Source: Oikopleura dioica | Taxonomy: Eukaryota; Animalia; Chordata | Reading direction: 5' to 3' | Assembly (NCBI GenBank): GCA_907165135.1 | Contig: OU015569.1 | Coordinates: 2,542,001-2,606,000 of the forward strand | Length of the DNA: 64,000 nucleotides | Shown here: positions 22,727 through 34,459 of the stretch, in pieces | Layout: each line of letters opens with the position of its first letter | How positions within the stretch are numbered: position 1 is the first letter of the stretch | Notes under the pieces: generated by a model | What the model saw: the letters and a program-made list of their open reading frames with translations, nothing else | Told to the model about the DNA's origin: nothing | Databases searched by the model: none | Position numbers and translations under genes: made by a program

Positions 22727-24953
22727 ATGAGAGCTTTTGGATTTCTAACTATCTTCTTGGCCTCAGCCTTGGCAATGTCTCGGACACGTTTTTGCTCAAT
22801 TGCCCAGTTTATTTGAGTTTTACAAAAAAAAAACTTGATCAAAAACGCAAGAGAAGTTTTCAGCCCACATTCCGAAAATTCAAACGGGAACGGTAATTTT
22901 TTTCTTTCAGCGAGATTTCCTTGATTCGCTTTTTAGCGCAATTTGGCGAACATGTGCATAGTTGAGCTTGGTAAAAATATTATTTGTCTTTAACTCTAAT
23001 TCGAGTTCCAAGACCTGAGCGCCGAATGCTTGGATGTCGTCGGGCCCCAGTTGTCGTATCTCGCGAAGATTATTTACCAGCGATGGGTTAAAACATAATC
23101 TTCAATTTTACGATTAGAGATCTATTTTTTGACCTTGGAAAAGAGTGAACAACAAGCGCTTAATCGCTACTTTCCTACTGCAACTCTCAGCCCCGGCAAC
23201 GTAAAAGTATATTAATGAAAAAGCTTCTCAATACATTCAGACTCGAATAAAAATTGTGCTCATTTCAGAACAACAAGAGATTTTTCAACTCTGACTAAAA
23301 TTTCTCCTTTTTGAAATATTTATGCATCTGCAATCGAAGATGATTAAAGTGCCCAAAAAAGGTCAAAGGACGCCTGACGTAGTTAGCTTGTATTTGCGCT
23401 GCGACTAGTAATTGTCCGCGGCTTCTTTAAATAAGCGAAGAAGCATGAGAGGGTGAGTCAGTTTTCAAGCGCCAGCGCGCTAAATAGAGTAGTAAAATAT
23501 CTTCGGGCCACGCCATTTTTACAAGAGAAAAACTTAACGGAGAGTTGAGTGTGCCTAATAGGTTCTGTAGCTATCCGTTGGATGAATAAGAGCTAGAAAA
23601 AGAAAAAACGCGCAGAGAAGAGGCCATCATTCAAAAAGAGAGAGAGTGGAAAGAAAAGAGACAAGCAACGAAATGATCAGCGAAATCTACAAAATTGAAT
23701 GGGAATATTCAGACGTCGGAAATATCAACAGAGTGAGGCCGTTTTTGAGAGAAATTTTCGACAAAGAAGATCTTCTGCCACAAGACATTATCAGCGACAG
23801 CTTGCTTCAGAGCACGCAGAACAATGACGAACTTGAGGTCTTTTATGATCAAATAAAAAAGAAGTTAAATATTGGATGGAATACACTTGTCGACATTGCC
23901 GATTTCGAAGACATCCACGTGGATTTGGCTCTTATGCTCGCCATGCAAAAATACATCGTTGAAAATCAAGAATTTCCCAGGGTGGAAGACGACTGCTTCA
24001 TTTCGTCCGTTCTCAAGCTGGGCAATAACTGCAACGGAGTGAAAGAGAACCCAGGGTTCAAACAGAGCCTCGTTGGAAAAACGAAAATTCAATTTCCATT
24101 CGACGATCTGAAAATTATGCAAAACGATTTCGAACTGGACTTTCACTTTGAACACGTTTCTTACCCAGACGAATTTCTGATTGAATATTCTGTAGCGCAA
24201 AATTGCTTCGAAAATGGCTGGGGGAACAGGTAGATAAAGGCTGTTTTTTACACGTTTCCAACGGATTAATTTAGGGAGAACTTTGTTCCTGTTAATTCGT
24301 CATCGAATGCTCCTATTACCCTGCATTGGTGTGGGGAAAAAGTGGAGAGCACGAACCTTTGCGTCACTGTTTACAGTACATCTGAAAGCAGCCCGACATT
24401 GGAGTGGACAGAGTCGCCTTTAAAGAAAAAGAAGGGATTGAAAACGAGCACGGATGATTCTGAATCGTACGACTATTATGATAGTGCATCACTTAGTGAT
24501 GATGAAGCTATCTCCGTGGATTCGATTGCCTGCCCAGCAGTTGTCGAACCTGGAAGTTGTGTAATAAACGACTCTGAAGCTGATTGCAAAGGAACTATCG
24601 ACGGATGTAAGGATCCAGCGGTCGACTGCCCTTTGATAAGAGTTGGACCGGTTGTCATGATTGCATCAGGTAAAGATTGTTATTCATTTGTCACGAGACT
24701 CTGAATCCCTCGTATTCATTGTCATTTTCGTCTGAATCCTCCCCACAATATCAGCTATTTTTAACGATCAACTTAAGCCACTAGCGGTTTTCTTTTGGTC
24801 GTTGGCATTGTGATAGTGATTGTCGTACTTCTCGTGAAAAAGAGAAAATCGTCAGCGAGACATCCAGCAGAAAACCTCCCCACCAGTCTACCCACCTATG
24901 CTCGAGCGAAGCAAAAGACTCGCGGCGGTGCAACTGGCTATTCCTACAATTGA
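22727..24953 (+). CDS. Hypothetical type I membrane protein (could be two genes)
   Basis: Signal-like MRAFGFLTIFLASALA at 22727. Coding blocks at 23646-24230 and about 24275-24670 (Cys-rich). The last exon encodes GFLLVVGIVIVIVVLLV-KKRK (transmembrane helix plus stop-transfer) and ends at TGA 24951-24953. Confidence 0.45.
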
Positions 24954-25371
24954 ACTTACTTAGTCGCCCAAAATCAATAACCCTGCAGAATCATGATTTC
25001 ACAAATGTAAATAACCAACACTGCTTCAAAAAAAAGACTGCGATATTTTGTGGTACTCCGAATAAAATGTATTTGCTTCAAATAAAAGAGTTGCAGTGAA
25101 TTGTTTTGCTATTTAAAAATACAGAAATGAAAAGTTGATTCATCCGAGCACCTGGATCATTCATTTATGGATGGGATTGTTAGCAATGCATTTTTTACCA
25201 GAACAAATAATACATTTTTTAGATTTTTGAAGAGTTCGCTTTGAAGAATCACTTTTGTGTGCTTTTGTGGATTGTAGGAGTAAATCACTCTCCTGAACAA
25301 GAATTTGCTGAAATCGTCCGATCAATAAATGAGTTAAAAACGTGTTAATATTTTTGAATCATAATTGGTTT

Positions 25372-28070
25372 TCAAAAACGTGTAACGTGTACTTTGCTGC
25401 TTTTTACCTTCAAATCTAAGATAGATTTGTCGCCGTTATGGTGGCTTACAGCGTTTTCATTTTTAGCGGGCGGGTTAGCGGGCCCGGCTGGTTTAGGAAT
25501 GATCTTTCCTTTAGTTTTTTCGTTTACTAGCTCGTTACCAATGCTGATTTTGGAAAAGAGAAGGGTGCCTTTCGTCTGCGTGATGTTCTGCCCGTTAAGG
25601 TCGTACAGCTCGATGAAGCGATGGCCCGGCTAAAAACTCTTGAAAAAAGACGCGAGACAGAGAAGCGGACCTGTAGATAGGCAAGTGGCAAGTAGGACAT
25701 GCCCAGGACCTCTTCTGAGCCACTGTCGAGCACTTTTACTTCAAGCATGGCGAAATCGGGAAACTTGACGGAGAAAGTCGCTTCGTTTTCATGTTTCCAA
25801 GTCGGGCTAAGAGAAAAATTAACAAAAGCAAAAATAACGCCTAGCTTACTTGAATCCGTTATTCTTGACGACAGTAGTTTTGAATTTCTGCTCTTTGTCC
25901 AGCTTCGATCCCGACACGAGCACGAGCTTTACGTATGGATCGCAAACGTCTCCTCCCGCTTTTTTGTTGTGGAATTGCTGGCCGGAAATGATGGCGATTT
26001 TGAATTTCATGCGACTTTCGAACTTGCTGCTATTTGGGTCAAAGTCGCGCTGTTCTCGGAGCACCGGCGGCTTCAACACGAATCCGCAGTTGCCGTTGAT
26101 TTGGAACATAATTTGGTTCTTCAGCCGCTCTTCGCCGTCGTATTGATAGTTCAGCGCGACGACTTGACAGCCATGCGCCCAAAATGGCAGAGGATCGTAG
26201 TTGGTGCTCTGAATTCGCGATCCGTTGGGGTAGATGCGCACCAGTTCTTTCGACGTATGTTTGATGAAGTCTTTGCCCTGTTCTTCCATGATCACTTCTC
26301 CTTTTCCTTCTTTGATAGAAGAAATATACTTGTAGTCGTCTGGCGCCAATTCGCCGAATGGTTTCAGGTGTCGGGAAACCGTGTAGATGGTGATATCGGA
26401 CAGATCTCTGTGCAGCTTTAGCTTCTTTTTCGAGCTTCTGATTCCGTCAGTTTGGATCTGTTCACCGTTTTGGGCACCGTGCTTTGCCTCCGCGGATTCA
26501 TCTTCTTCCTCTACGTATTCGTGCTCCTCGCTTCTACTGTCAGCGGAATCGGCATCGTCTTTGGGTTCTTTCAGCTTCTTGCCTTTCACAAAGCATCTCG
26601 CGCCCATTGCCAAAGGACTGGGCATTTTTTCCTCGTCATCGCCCAAGGGCTTCGTTATCAGTCGCTTGCCAAAAGCCGCCTTAATATAGTCAGCCATCTT
26701 TTTCTGATTGCTTTCTTTGCAATGATTCTCCAGCGAAAGAATGAATGGGTATTTGCTGTAAGGCTTGCCTTCTTCGAAAGCGTACTTCGCGCACTCTGTG
26801 ACCACGTCTTTGAAGAATAAGCGAGACTGTTTACAAGGACAGTATCCGTGATAGACAGAAGGCTCTTCGTCATCGTCCCAGCAGTCAATTTCGACGCATC
26901 GACAGCCACGCTGAATAGAGCGAACGTAAGCTTGAAGTGAGCAGGGTCCGTTGATTTGGTCGCCTTCGAGGTAGGTATTGTGGCTACTCGCGATGAAGTA
27001 ATCGGTCATTGGTCTTGTCATGTCCTGGTGATGAGTGTAAGCCCCTGGATCAACAGCGTTGCAGCATTTTAGGATGAATGCACTGAATTCCTCCTGCGTC
27101 ATATTCGATGTTCCGTCCCGGTCGAAGTAATTCATAATCAATTTAACATCATCGTCCACTCTTGTATCGTACTTCATTACTTTGCCGTCATCTTTGAGAT
27201 AGACATGTTTCATCTGCTGCGATTCGAGGAAGTCTTTGAACTCGCCGAGCGAGATTTCACCGTCATTGGATGTATCGTTCTCAGCCAAAAGGTCTCGCAA
27301 AGTTTGAGGAATGAGCAACATCCCGTAGAGATATTTTACTTCAGCCCAATTAAGTCCGTCCGCTAATGTCATCGTGTCACGATTTCGTGAACTTGGAGTT
27401 CGGCCCGTTAGAATCGCTTCAATTTTATTTTCGAATTGATCGGTGTAAGTAATTTCCACTCGTCTAAAGAACTCCTTGATCTCTTTTTTGTTGAGAACAC
27501 CCTTTCTATCTTCGTCGACGGAATTGAAAGTACGCCAGAGACGGAGCATCTGATGGTCGGCTGGAGAGAGCTCGCCCAGAGTATCAACCAACATGTTAAA
27601 GCAATTCACGACTTTTGTCTTGTCCTCTTCGTTGATGAACTGGAGAGTAATTGGGGGAATGTTAGACTCGGGAACGAAAAGAAGTGAAACGCACAAGTGT
27701 CTGCTTTTCGTCGGCACATTTAGCTTTTCGAGTTTTGTGCTCCAAAAGGGCTTTACTTAAGCAATAATTAATATTAAAGAAGTCAACTTTTATTACTTTG
27801 ACATTTAGTTTTTCCTTGTTTTGTTTTGTAAAGCCTGCCTATCTGGCTTTTCTTTCACAATTTTATCGAGGAAATGAACTGGAAAGCACCAACTGTTGAT
27901 CGCGCTCTGCTTGTTTGAAAGTATGATAAGTTGGTAGTCATTTGTAGTGTTTATATATTTCGTCTTTGTTTTCTTTCGAGGTTTGCCAAAGCAACCCGGA
28001 TCCACGCTGTATTGAATGACCTTTGTGTAGTGGTCGAGATTGCACTCAGTCGATTTGATGTTGTTGATGA
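25372..28070 (-). CDS. PLCD: Phosphoinositide phospholipase C, delta-like (PH, EF, X, Y, C2); 5' end approximate
   Basis: X box FIASSHNTYLEGDQ..GCRCVEIDCWD..VYHG..YPFILSLENHC. Y box LVRIYPNGSRIQSTNYDP..GCQVVALNYQ. C2 DPYVKL..KTTVVKNNGFNPTW. Both catalytic His motifs are present. Confidence 0.93.
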
Positions 28071-29670
28071 ACTCCTTAATTGATTGTCTTTTCTTTTGAA
28101 GTGTAAGTATTGCAGTCGGGGCGAAACAATGGAATTAGTAAGGTTAGCATTTTTCTTCACATGTGAAAAGATTTTAATGAGTATTGTCAATTACTATAAA
28201 CTACTTTCTAGCAGACAAAAACGATAAATCACACAATTAATCTTATCAACGAACAGTTTTACCTGGACCGTGAATTGCTATAAGTTAATAGTTTATTCTA
28301 TCGTAAGAATTGTAAAGTGAAATTATACAAAGAAAAGTTAATACTCGCACTACACTACAATTAATAAACACTGAAAGCAACAATAGTCACTATTATCTAG
28401 CACAAGCTTTACAGATTATTGTTGATTGCGTGTTCAATAATCTGACTAGTTTAGAATCAAATTAGAATTGAATCTACAAACCATCAAAAGAACACAACAG
28501 AAAATGATGGTAATGGTTACTTACTCTAATAGACCCGCCAGTCGTGCGAAACCACGCTCCGAATCCGGGTTTTTCATTTTCAATAGTTTTTTCTAGCAGT
28601 TCAGGGTGCAAATCGTCGAATTCTAAAAGCAAATATATTGATTCAGCTCGGTATCTAGCTCCTATCAGGAAGAGCAAATACTGTAGTAGTCAAAAAAATG
28701 AACTTGAAATCCAAGTCTTTATCAAGTGAAAATTAACGATGGATTTAACATCATCGTAAGTTACGATTCGTAACCAAGAAGTAAGCAATAAATATTGACG
28801 GGGCAGTTTAGAAATAAATCTCGAAATAAATAAGTAATCTCATAAAATTCCTGAACGACGAGTAGAAATCGCCTATTCGTTAGGTCAAAGAAGGAGTGTC
28901 CTCTTACCATGCTTGAATGCTTTGCCCCTATCTTTCTTCGGCAGAACGGCATTCTTCAAGACCTGAAATTTCATTTTTGAGTTTTTCGCTTTCTCTTTCA
29001 GAAGATCTTCAGACTCCGCCGGATACTTTTAACTACGACTAGCCATCAAGTCCACAAGTTCATTTTATTGCATTTGTTTTATGATTTCTGACGTATCTTT
29101 TTTAGCAAAAGAATTTTTCATTTCAGTTCATGAGCACTGATTTTTTTGATATTTAGATTGGTCGCGAGCTTTTCTTACTGGGCGGTCAGTATGGCAGCAG
29201 CTTTTTGTTTGAGTGCTTACGTGAGCGCCTTTGTGAGTTTTGGATTTTTTCAATTGAATTGAAAAGAGCCTGGCTCTCGTTAAATCTTTCAGAGCGTTGG
29301 CATTTTGAAAAACGTAAATTTACGAATGGTGGCTTGGACTTATTGATTTATTATGGTCAAGAGCCGCTTGGGTTTTAGAAGTCTTGATTTTATGTATCAT
29401 TTACAGTACCGATACGAGTTGAGTGGGCATTCGAAAAATTAAAAAATGTCTTTTTTTTTCTAATTTTATGTCTCTCGGTTTAGAAGAAGGATTATTGTGA
29501 GCTCGGAATTATTGCTCACTCACGAGCGACCAAAGTAGGGGAACAATAAAATCAAGTTAGAGTACCAGGATAGGGTAGTCTGAACAGAGTGACAAACTAT
29601 GCCCTTTGAAAGACGTCAAGTAGTTGGTTTAAAAAAGCCATATCTGAGCGTTTACTTGCAGCTGAGATTC

Positions 29671-29829
29671 GCAACCTGTGTAGAAAACCTGAGTCAGGGT
29701 TTTCAAAGAGGATGTAGGGAAAAACCGCGTAGCAGTAATGTTAGCGGCTTCGTTATAAAAAATAGCCGCCACTCGGCTTTTCTCTGAAGATTTTTGAACA
29801 CCCTGACTAAGGTTTTGTACGCAGGTTGA
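29671..29829. mobile_element. Family A MITE
   Basis: gcaacctgtgtagaaaacctgagtcagggt ... accctgactaaggttttgtacgcaggttg; internal gcggctt/agccgc pair. Confidence 0.85.
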
Positions 29830-30310
29830 CGACATCGCATTAACACGGACTTCCCATTATAAAATCGATCAAAACAAAGTTTAAAAAATTCTAAAAGAAA
29901 GAAAAGTGAAACAATGAGCTACAAATTTAAAACAATACGGTATTGTCAATTGTGAATACCTTTCGTTTGCCATTATTGGTCATTTTCCCTCGCTTCTTCA
30001 GAAGATTGATCTCTGCATCAGAACTTTTTTAAGTCTTTGTTTGATCCAATGAATACCCTGCCCTGCGGAATGTTTTTAAATTTCTCAGCCGGAAAATAAT
30101 AGAAAAAAGGGGGATGGGAAAAAAGTGACGCCTTGAGAGATTATCAGTATTGACGCTACGAACAGGAAACAGGGCCTGATTTGTCACCCCATTGGACATT
30201 TCCTGTCGTTCTTCTGTCACGAAAATTAGTGTCTTTGGCTTTGAAACAATTGAATGAAAGAAGCAGACACTTTGGTGAATTTACAATCCAAGGAGCTGCA
30301 CAACCTGGTC

Positions 30311-30563
30311 GGCAACCCGTGAAGAAAACCTGAGTCCGGGTTCTGAAAGAGCTTTAATAAGTCGGGAAATATAGACTGAGCTCGTAATTTTAACTCAGAT
30401 TTTCGACCCTGACTCAGGTTTCTTTACAGGCTGCCAAAACTACCACTTCAATCAATCTTCTACAATCTGGCGAAGCCGCTTCGCGGTTTCATTAAAAAAA
30501 TCCGCTAATCGGCTTTTTATAATAGTTCTTACAGAATCCTGATTCAGGTTTCTAAACAGGCTG
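30311..30563. mobile_element. Family A MITE plus an adjacent half-element
   Basis: ggcaacccgtgaagaaaacctgagtccggg ... ccctgactcaggtttctttacaggctgcc (to 30435). A second right end, cctgattcaggtttctaaacaggctg, is preceded by aagccgc hairpins. Confidence 0.75.
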
Positions 30564-30602
30564 TGGAGCACCGAACTGAAAGTAAATCCGTGATTTGCGT
30601 GA

Positions 30603-30965
30603 TTAAGATTGATTTTCTTCTTTATTATTTTTCACAGCGTTACTGGCAGCTTTATCTGTTCTAACAAGTCGTTTCGTAAAAAAACATTTTTCGCATTTGA
30701 GTTCGTTGAAGTTTCCGCTCTTATTCTTTTCTATCGTCGCTGTTTTGTCGTGCGAGGACCAGCAGCGCTGGCAGTAGCGGCGCTTGTAGCTCTTGTGCAG
30801 TCGGACGACGACTTTGTCCGAGACCTTCTTCGCCGTGTGTTGCCATTTGTGCTGGAAGGCGGCGGGAACGCCCTCGACTGAAGCCGCTTGGAGAAGGGAT
30901 GCGATATGTTTGAAGTGGTGGAGTTTCGCACCGTTGAAGCCCCGCTTCCCTTTTTTCTTCGTCAT
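30603..30965 (-). CDS. RPP21: RNase P subunit RPP21/Rpr2-like, single exon, 120 aa
   Basis: Motif KVVVRLHKSYKRRYCQRC ... ELKCEKCFFTKR matches the Rpr2/Rpp21 zinc ribbon (KRxxCxxC ... CxxC..R). Confidence 0.8.
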   Translation of the reverse strand: MTKKKGKRGFNGAKLHHFKHIASLLQAASVEGVPAAFQHKWQHTAKKVSDKVVVRLHKSYKRRYCQRCWSSHDKTATIEKNKSGNFNELKCEKCFFTKRLVRTDKAASNAVKNNKEENQS

Positions 30966-31033
30966 TTTTTAGTATATCTAAACGAGTGGACTCTCAGCTG
31001 AGATTTTCTAAAGTGGTTCTGATTTCGAACTAA

Positions 31034-31192
31034 TTCTCGCTGGAATTTGGAATCCGAATTTCGGATTGCCATAAACTTAAAATACTCTTGAAAATCGAGA
31101 AGACGCTTGCGGCTTCGAGTTAGATAAAAAATCAGTGGCTGCGATTTTCAGCAGTATATTCAGTTTGGCGTCAATCAGAATTCCAGCGAAAA
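31034..31192. mobile_element. Family B MITE
   Basis: ttctcgctggaatt ... aattccagcgaaaa termini; internal aaaatcgagaagacgcttgcggcttcgag. Confidence 0.65.
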
Positions 31193-31435
31193 CTATCACA
31201 AATGAGAATGGCGGTAATTTTAGAATTATTATAAATATTTTTATTCAAACAACATGTTGCAGTTGCAATTATAGTTAACAAGAAAGAAGAATAAGGAAAG
31301 TGTGAGTTTTGGAAGTGAAAGAAGCGATATTTTTATCAGAAAAAGTGATTTTCTTCTGTAAGATACAGACTGTGATTTAGATTAGGTCGAGATGAATGAG
31401 TTCTAAGGAAAGATTAAACACTCATTCAGAATGAG

Positions 31436-32510
31436 TCATTCTTCGATTAGAAGTTTCATGACTGATGAGAGAAGTTGATCTACTTCAGCATCGGCTTTTG
31501 ATTCCCCCAGCTCCCTGAAAAATAAGCATAAATTCTAAAGATTAAATATTGGAGGAATGATCTTACCGTAACGAATGAAGCACATTCCCAGCGGCCGTTG
31601 AGAGTGATGTCGATATATCTTTGCTGATCTGGTGCTTCGATCCCTTCAAGAAAATTTAGTACAGTCAGCTTGAAAATATGTTTTTACCATTGACGACTTG
31701 GCCAGCGTTTCCTGCCAATACGCGATGTTCAAGCTCTCTAAATAGAGCTTTTCGATGCTGAGGTCAATTTTCGGCTCCCTTTTGTTGTGGTCATTCATCA
31801 GCTCTTTGTGCATTTTAGCTAACGTGAGAAGAACGATCTGTCTGGCTTCTTTTTCTCTGGTCAAGGCAAGCTCCGTCATTCCGCTTTCTGCGCGCGCCGC
31901 GATTTCTTCCTTGACAACTGCCAGTCGTTCGTCGACTGCCTTCTTTCTTTTCATAAGATTTTCGAGCTTGCTAGCCATTGCTTCGATCTCTTGATTGACC
32001 GTTCGTTCCAAGAACGAGGAACTGATGGCAGACGAGTTCTCGAGCGAAGGGGCAGCATTTTCCTTCAGAACTTCATCGTCTCCAGAAGTGGCGGCGGGGA
32101 TCACATCAGACGTCATTTCCACCGTCTTTTTTCAAGCTTTTCGACAGTATATATGAGTTTTTTCAACAGAAAGATGTTCTTAGACCACGATTTGAACCGA
32201 GAAGTAATCAGATACTACCGTTGAGGTTTAATCTAAAAAATCTCGAAGTCGTGTTCTATTTTGCAAAAATCGTTTTAATCCCTTAATAAGAGCACTATTT
32301 TCTACACGTACTGATTGAGAGCATCGAAAGCCTTTCCTTCTTGATCAAGTCAATCTGTCGTTTGACGAAGTACTCTTTCTCGTCGCCCACCGGGCTGTCC
32401 TCAAGAATCTCGACCTCATTATTCTCCACACTGTTCACTCGCTCTTCGGAGTCGGACTCAGCGGCAGGATCGAAGCCAAGGAATTCCGTGAGGAGGGGAA
32501 ACGCATTCAT
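31436..32510 (-). CDS. Hypothetical coiled-coil protein, spliced
   Basis: ATG at 32510 downstream of an AG acceptor. Helical ORF 31646-32122, then two short exons ending LLSSVMKLLIEE* at 31436. Confidence 0.55.
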
Positions 32511-32689
32511 TATTTTCACTCTTCTCAAACACTGAATAGGTTATGATCGAATTCTTTTCCATTTTCATAAATATTTTTTAATAAAAAATATTGGAACGTG
32601 AAAAGTTTAACAGAATTCTTCGGATTGAAGAAGGCGGAAGTGTGATAAGTGCGCAGTGTTAGGTGTATCGGGTGATCCACAGAATTAAA

Positions 32690-34395
32690 CGGTCTCGTGA
32701 GCTTTTCGTGAACTTTTTGAGGATGTCGTTCTTATGATTGTTCGTTGAAGATACTTAGGATTGCTCCCTTGAACTCTGCGAAGTTCTTGTATCCTGGCTC
32801 GAGAACAGTCAACATCTTCCTCAACTCTTTTCTTTGGCGGCGTAAAGCCGGGATTTCCACTGAAAGAAGATCGTGAATGTCAACGAGAGCTCAATGAAAA
32901 CCTCTCTAAAAACCTGAGTCGGGGTCTTGAAAGAGCTTGCTTCGCAAAAATCACAACCTCTGTCTATTTTGAACTCTAGCTACCCGAAGTCAGGTTTTGT
33001 AAACAGGAGTCCTGTTTACCACCAACAGAGTTGGTAAAAAAGTATACTTCACTCGCCCTTCAGAATGAAGTATACTTCAGGGCGTTGCAGGGCGTTGAAG
33101 GGCGTGAAGTGTACTTCCGCCCTTCCCTCTACTTCAACCGCCCTTCCGCCCTTCACTCTACTTCAACTTGGTTCTGTCGGCCATCAGAATCCATCCGCCA
33201 GAATTTTTTCAAATTTTGCGCTTATTGGCTCTCAGGCGCCATGATTTAAATCACGCTGATTGTGGCAGATGAACCGATAGCTGAAGTATACTTCAGGGCT
33301 TTGAAGGGCGCGTGAAGTACACTTCACCGCCCTTCAAGAATGAAGGGCGCCCTGCAGATTTTTGAAGGGCGAGGGGAAGTATACTTTTTTACCAACTCTG
33401 AACAGGACTGCAATTACCTCGATTTTGTTGGAGGCGTTCTTCGATAGTACCAATCGTTATAATTTCCTCCTCTATATCCATCCGCATGCTTTCAAGGAAC
33501 ACTTCTACACTGCCCGCTCTCTCAAGTGCATTCACGAACTCTTGCTCCCTCTCGGCGATTTTCAACTCACGTTTGAGGGTTTCCTTCAGTTCCTCGACGC
33601 CCTCAATGATCGCCCATTGGAATTTAGAGCGACGCACGGGCAAATTTAGATCCACGACGACTTCGACTAGCTCAGACGGGATCGTGTCGAGCAATTCTTT
33701 CTGGTCGACGTTTTGGAGGAGTGAACGAATTGAATTTCTTGCTTTTTGGAGGCTCTCTTCACGCATTTGGGCACTGGTCCTGCTCGCCAAAAGTGCTTGA
33801 TGCGCCTTGATGTACGGCTCGCAAAGCATTTTCAGATCCGAAAGGGCTATGTCGGGCAGGTCTTCCTAAAAATCATTGTTAGTACTAATTTAGACTCGGT
33901 ATCTTGTGCAGAAACCTGATTCAGGCACCTATCTATCACTCTAATTGATAAACTCTGCATCCGCGGCTCTGTTAAAAGAAAGCCGCGTAGCGGCCTTTAC
34001 GAAAGCTATTTCAGGAGCCTAACTCAGGTATAAAAGTAGAATATTGGACCTAGATTAACGCTTGCTTTGATAAATTGACACTGTTCAAGAAAACACGGAT
34101 TAAAATTTTTAAGATATCTTTCTAGAACTACTCTATTTTTCAGACTTTAAGCAAGCATGCGCTCTCATTTTCATTCCAACTTTTTGGGTTTTTTCGGCTG
34201 GGTCGTGGGTTATTGTTCTCTGATCAAAATTGAACAGAGAGCATCTCCCAGGCCTTCCGGAGAACACTCGCAATCGACTAGCCTAAGTACCTCTGAAAGA
34301 TTCAGCTCGAGGATAGCATCGCCTGCGATTTGAGTGATTTTATTCCACAATTCAAGTTTTTCGTTTGACGAATCAGCATTTGCCGTACTGAACAT
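32690..34395 (-). CDS. Hypothetical helical protein, spliced; 3' end approximate
   Basis: ATG at 34395 immediately after ttttggttttag. Exons at 34213-34395, about 33418-33868 and about 32690-32860. Confidence 0.5.
32909..33007. mobile_element. Family A MITE, degenerate
   Basis: aaaacctgagtcggggtc ... cccgaagtcaggttttgtaaacagg. Confidence 0.6.
33026..33400. mobile_element. TIR element (375 bp) built from GAAGTATACTTC palindromes and GAAGGGCG repeats
   Basis: 25-bp perfect TIR CAGAGTTGGTAAAAAAGTATACTTC / GAAGTATACTTTTTTACCAACTCTG. No clean TSD seen. Intronic. Confidence 0.85.
33905..34030. mobile_element. Family A MITE, degenerate
   Basis: gcagaaacctgattcaggc ... aagccgcgtagcggcc ... gcctaactcaggt. 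Confidence 0.55.
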
Positions 34396-34459
34396 TCTAA
34401 AACCAAAAGAATTGAACCTTCAGAATTTTAAATTAGCGACATTGATTCAAATAGCACTC

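Noticed and set aside
27720-27870. Non-canonical GC donor in the PLC PH-domain intron
   Set aside because: Several frame-compatible solutions exist, including a weak GT donor (att|GTgaaa); cannot be resolved without transcripts.
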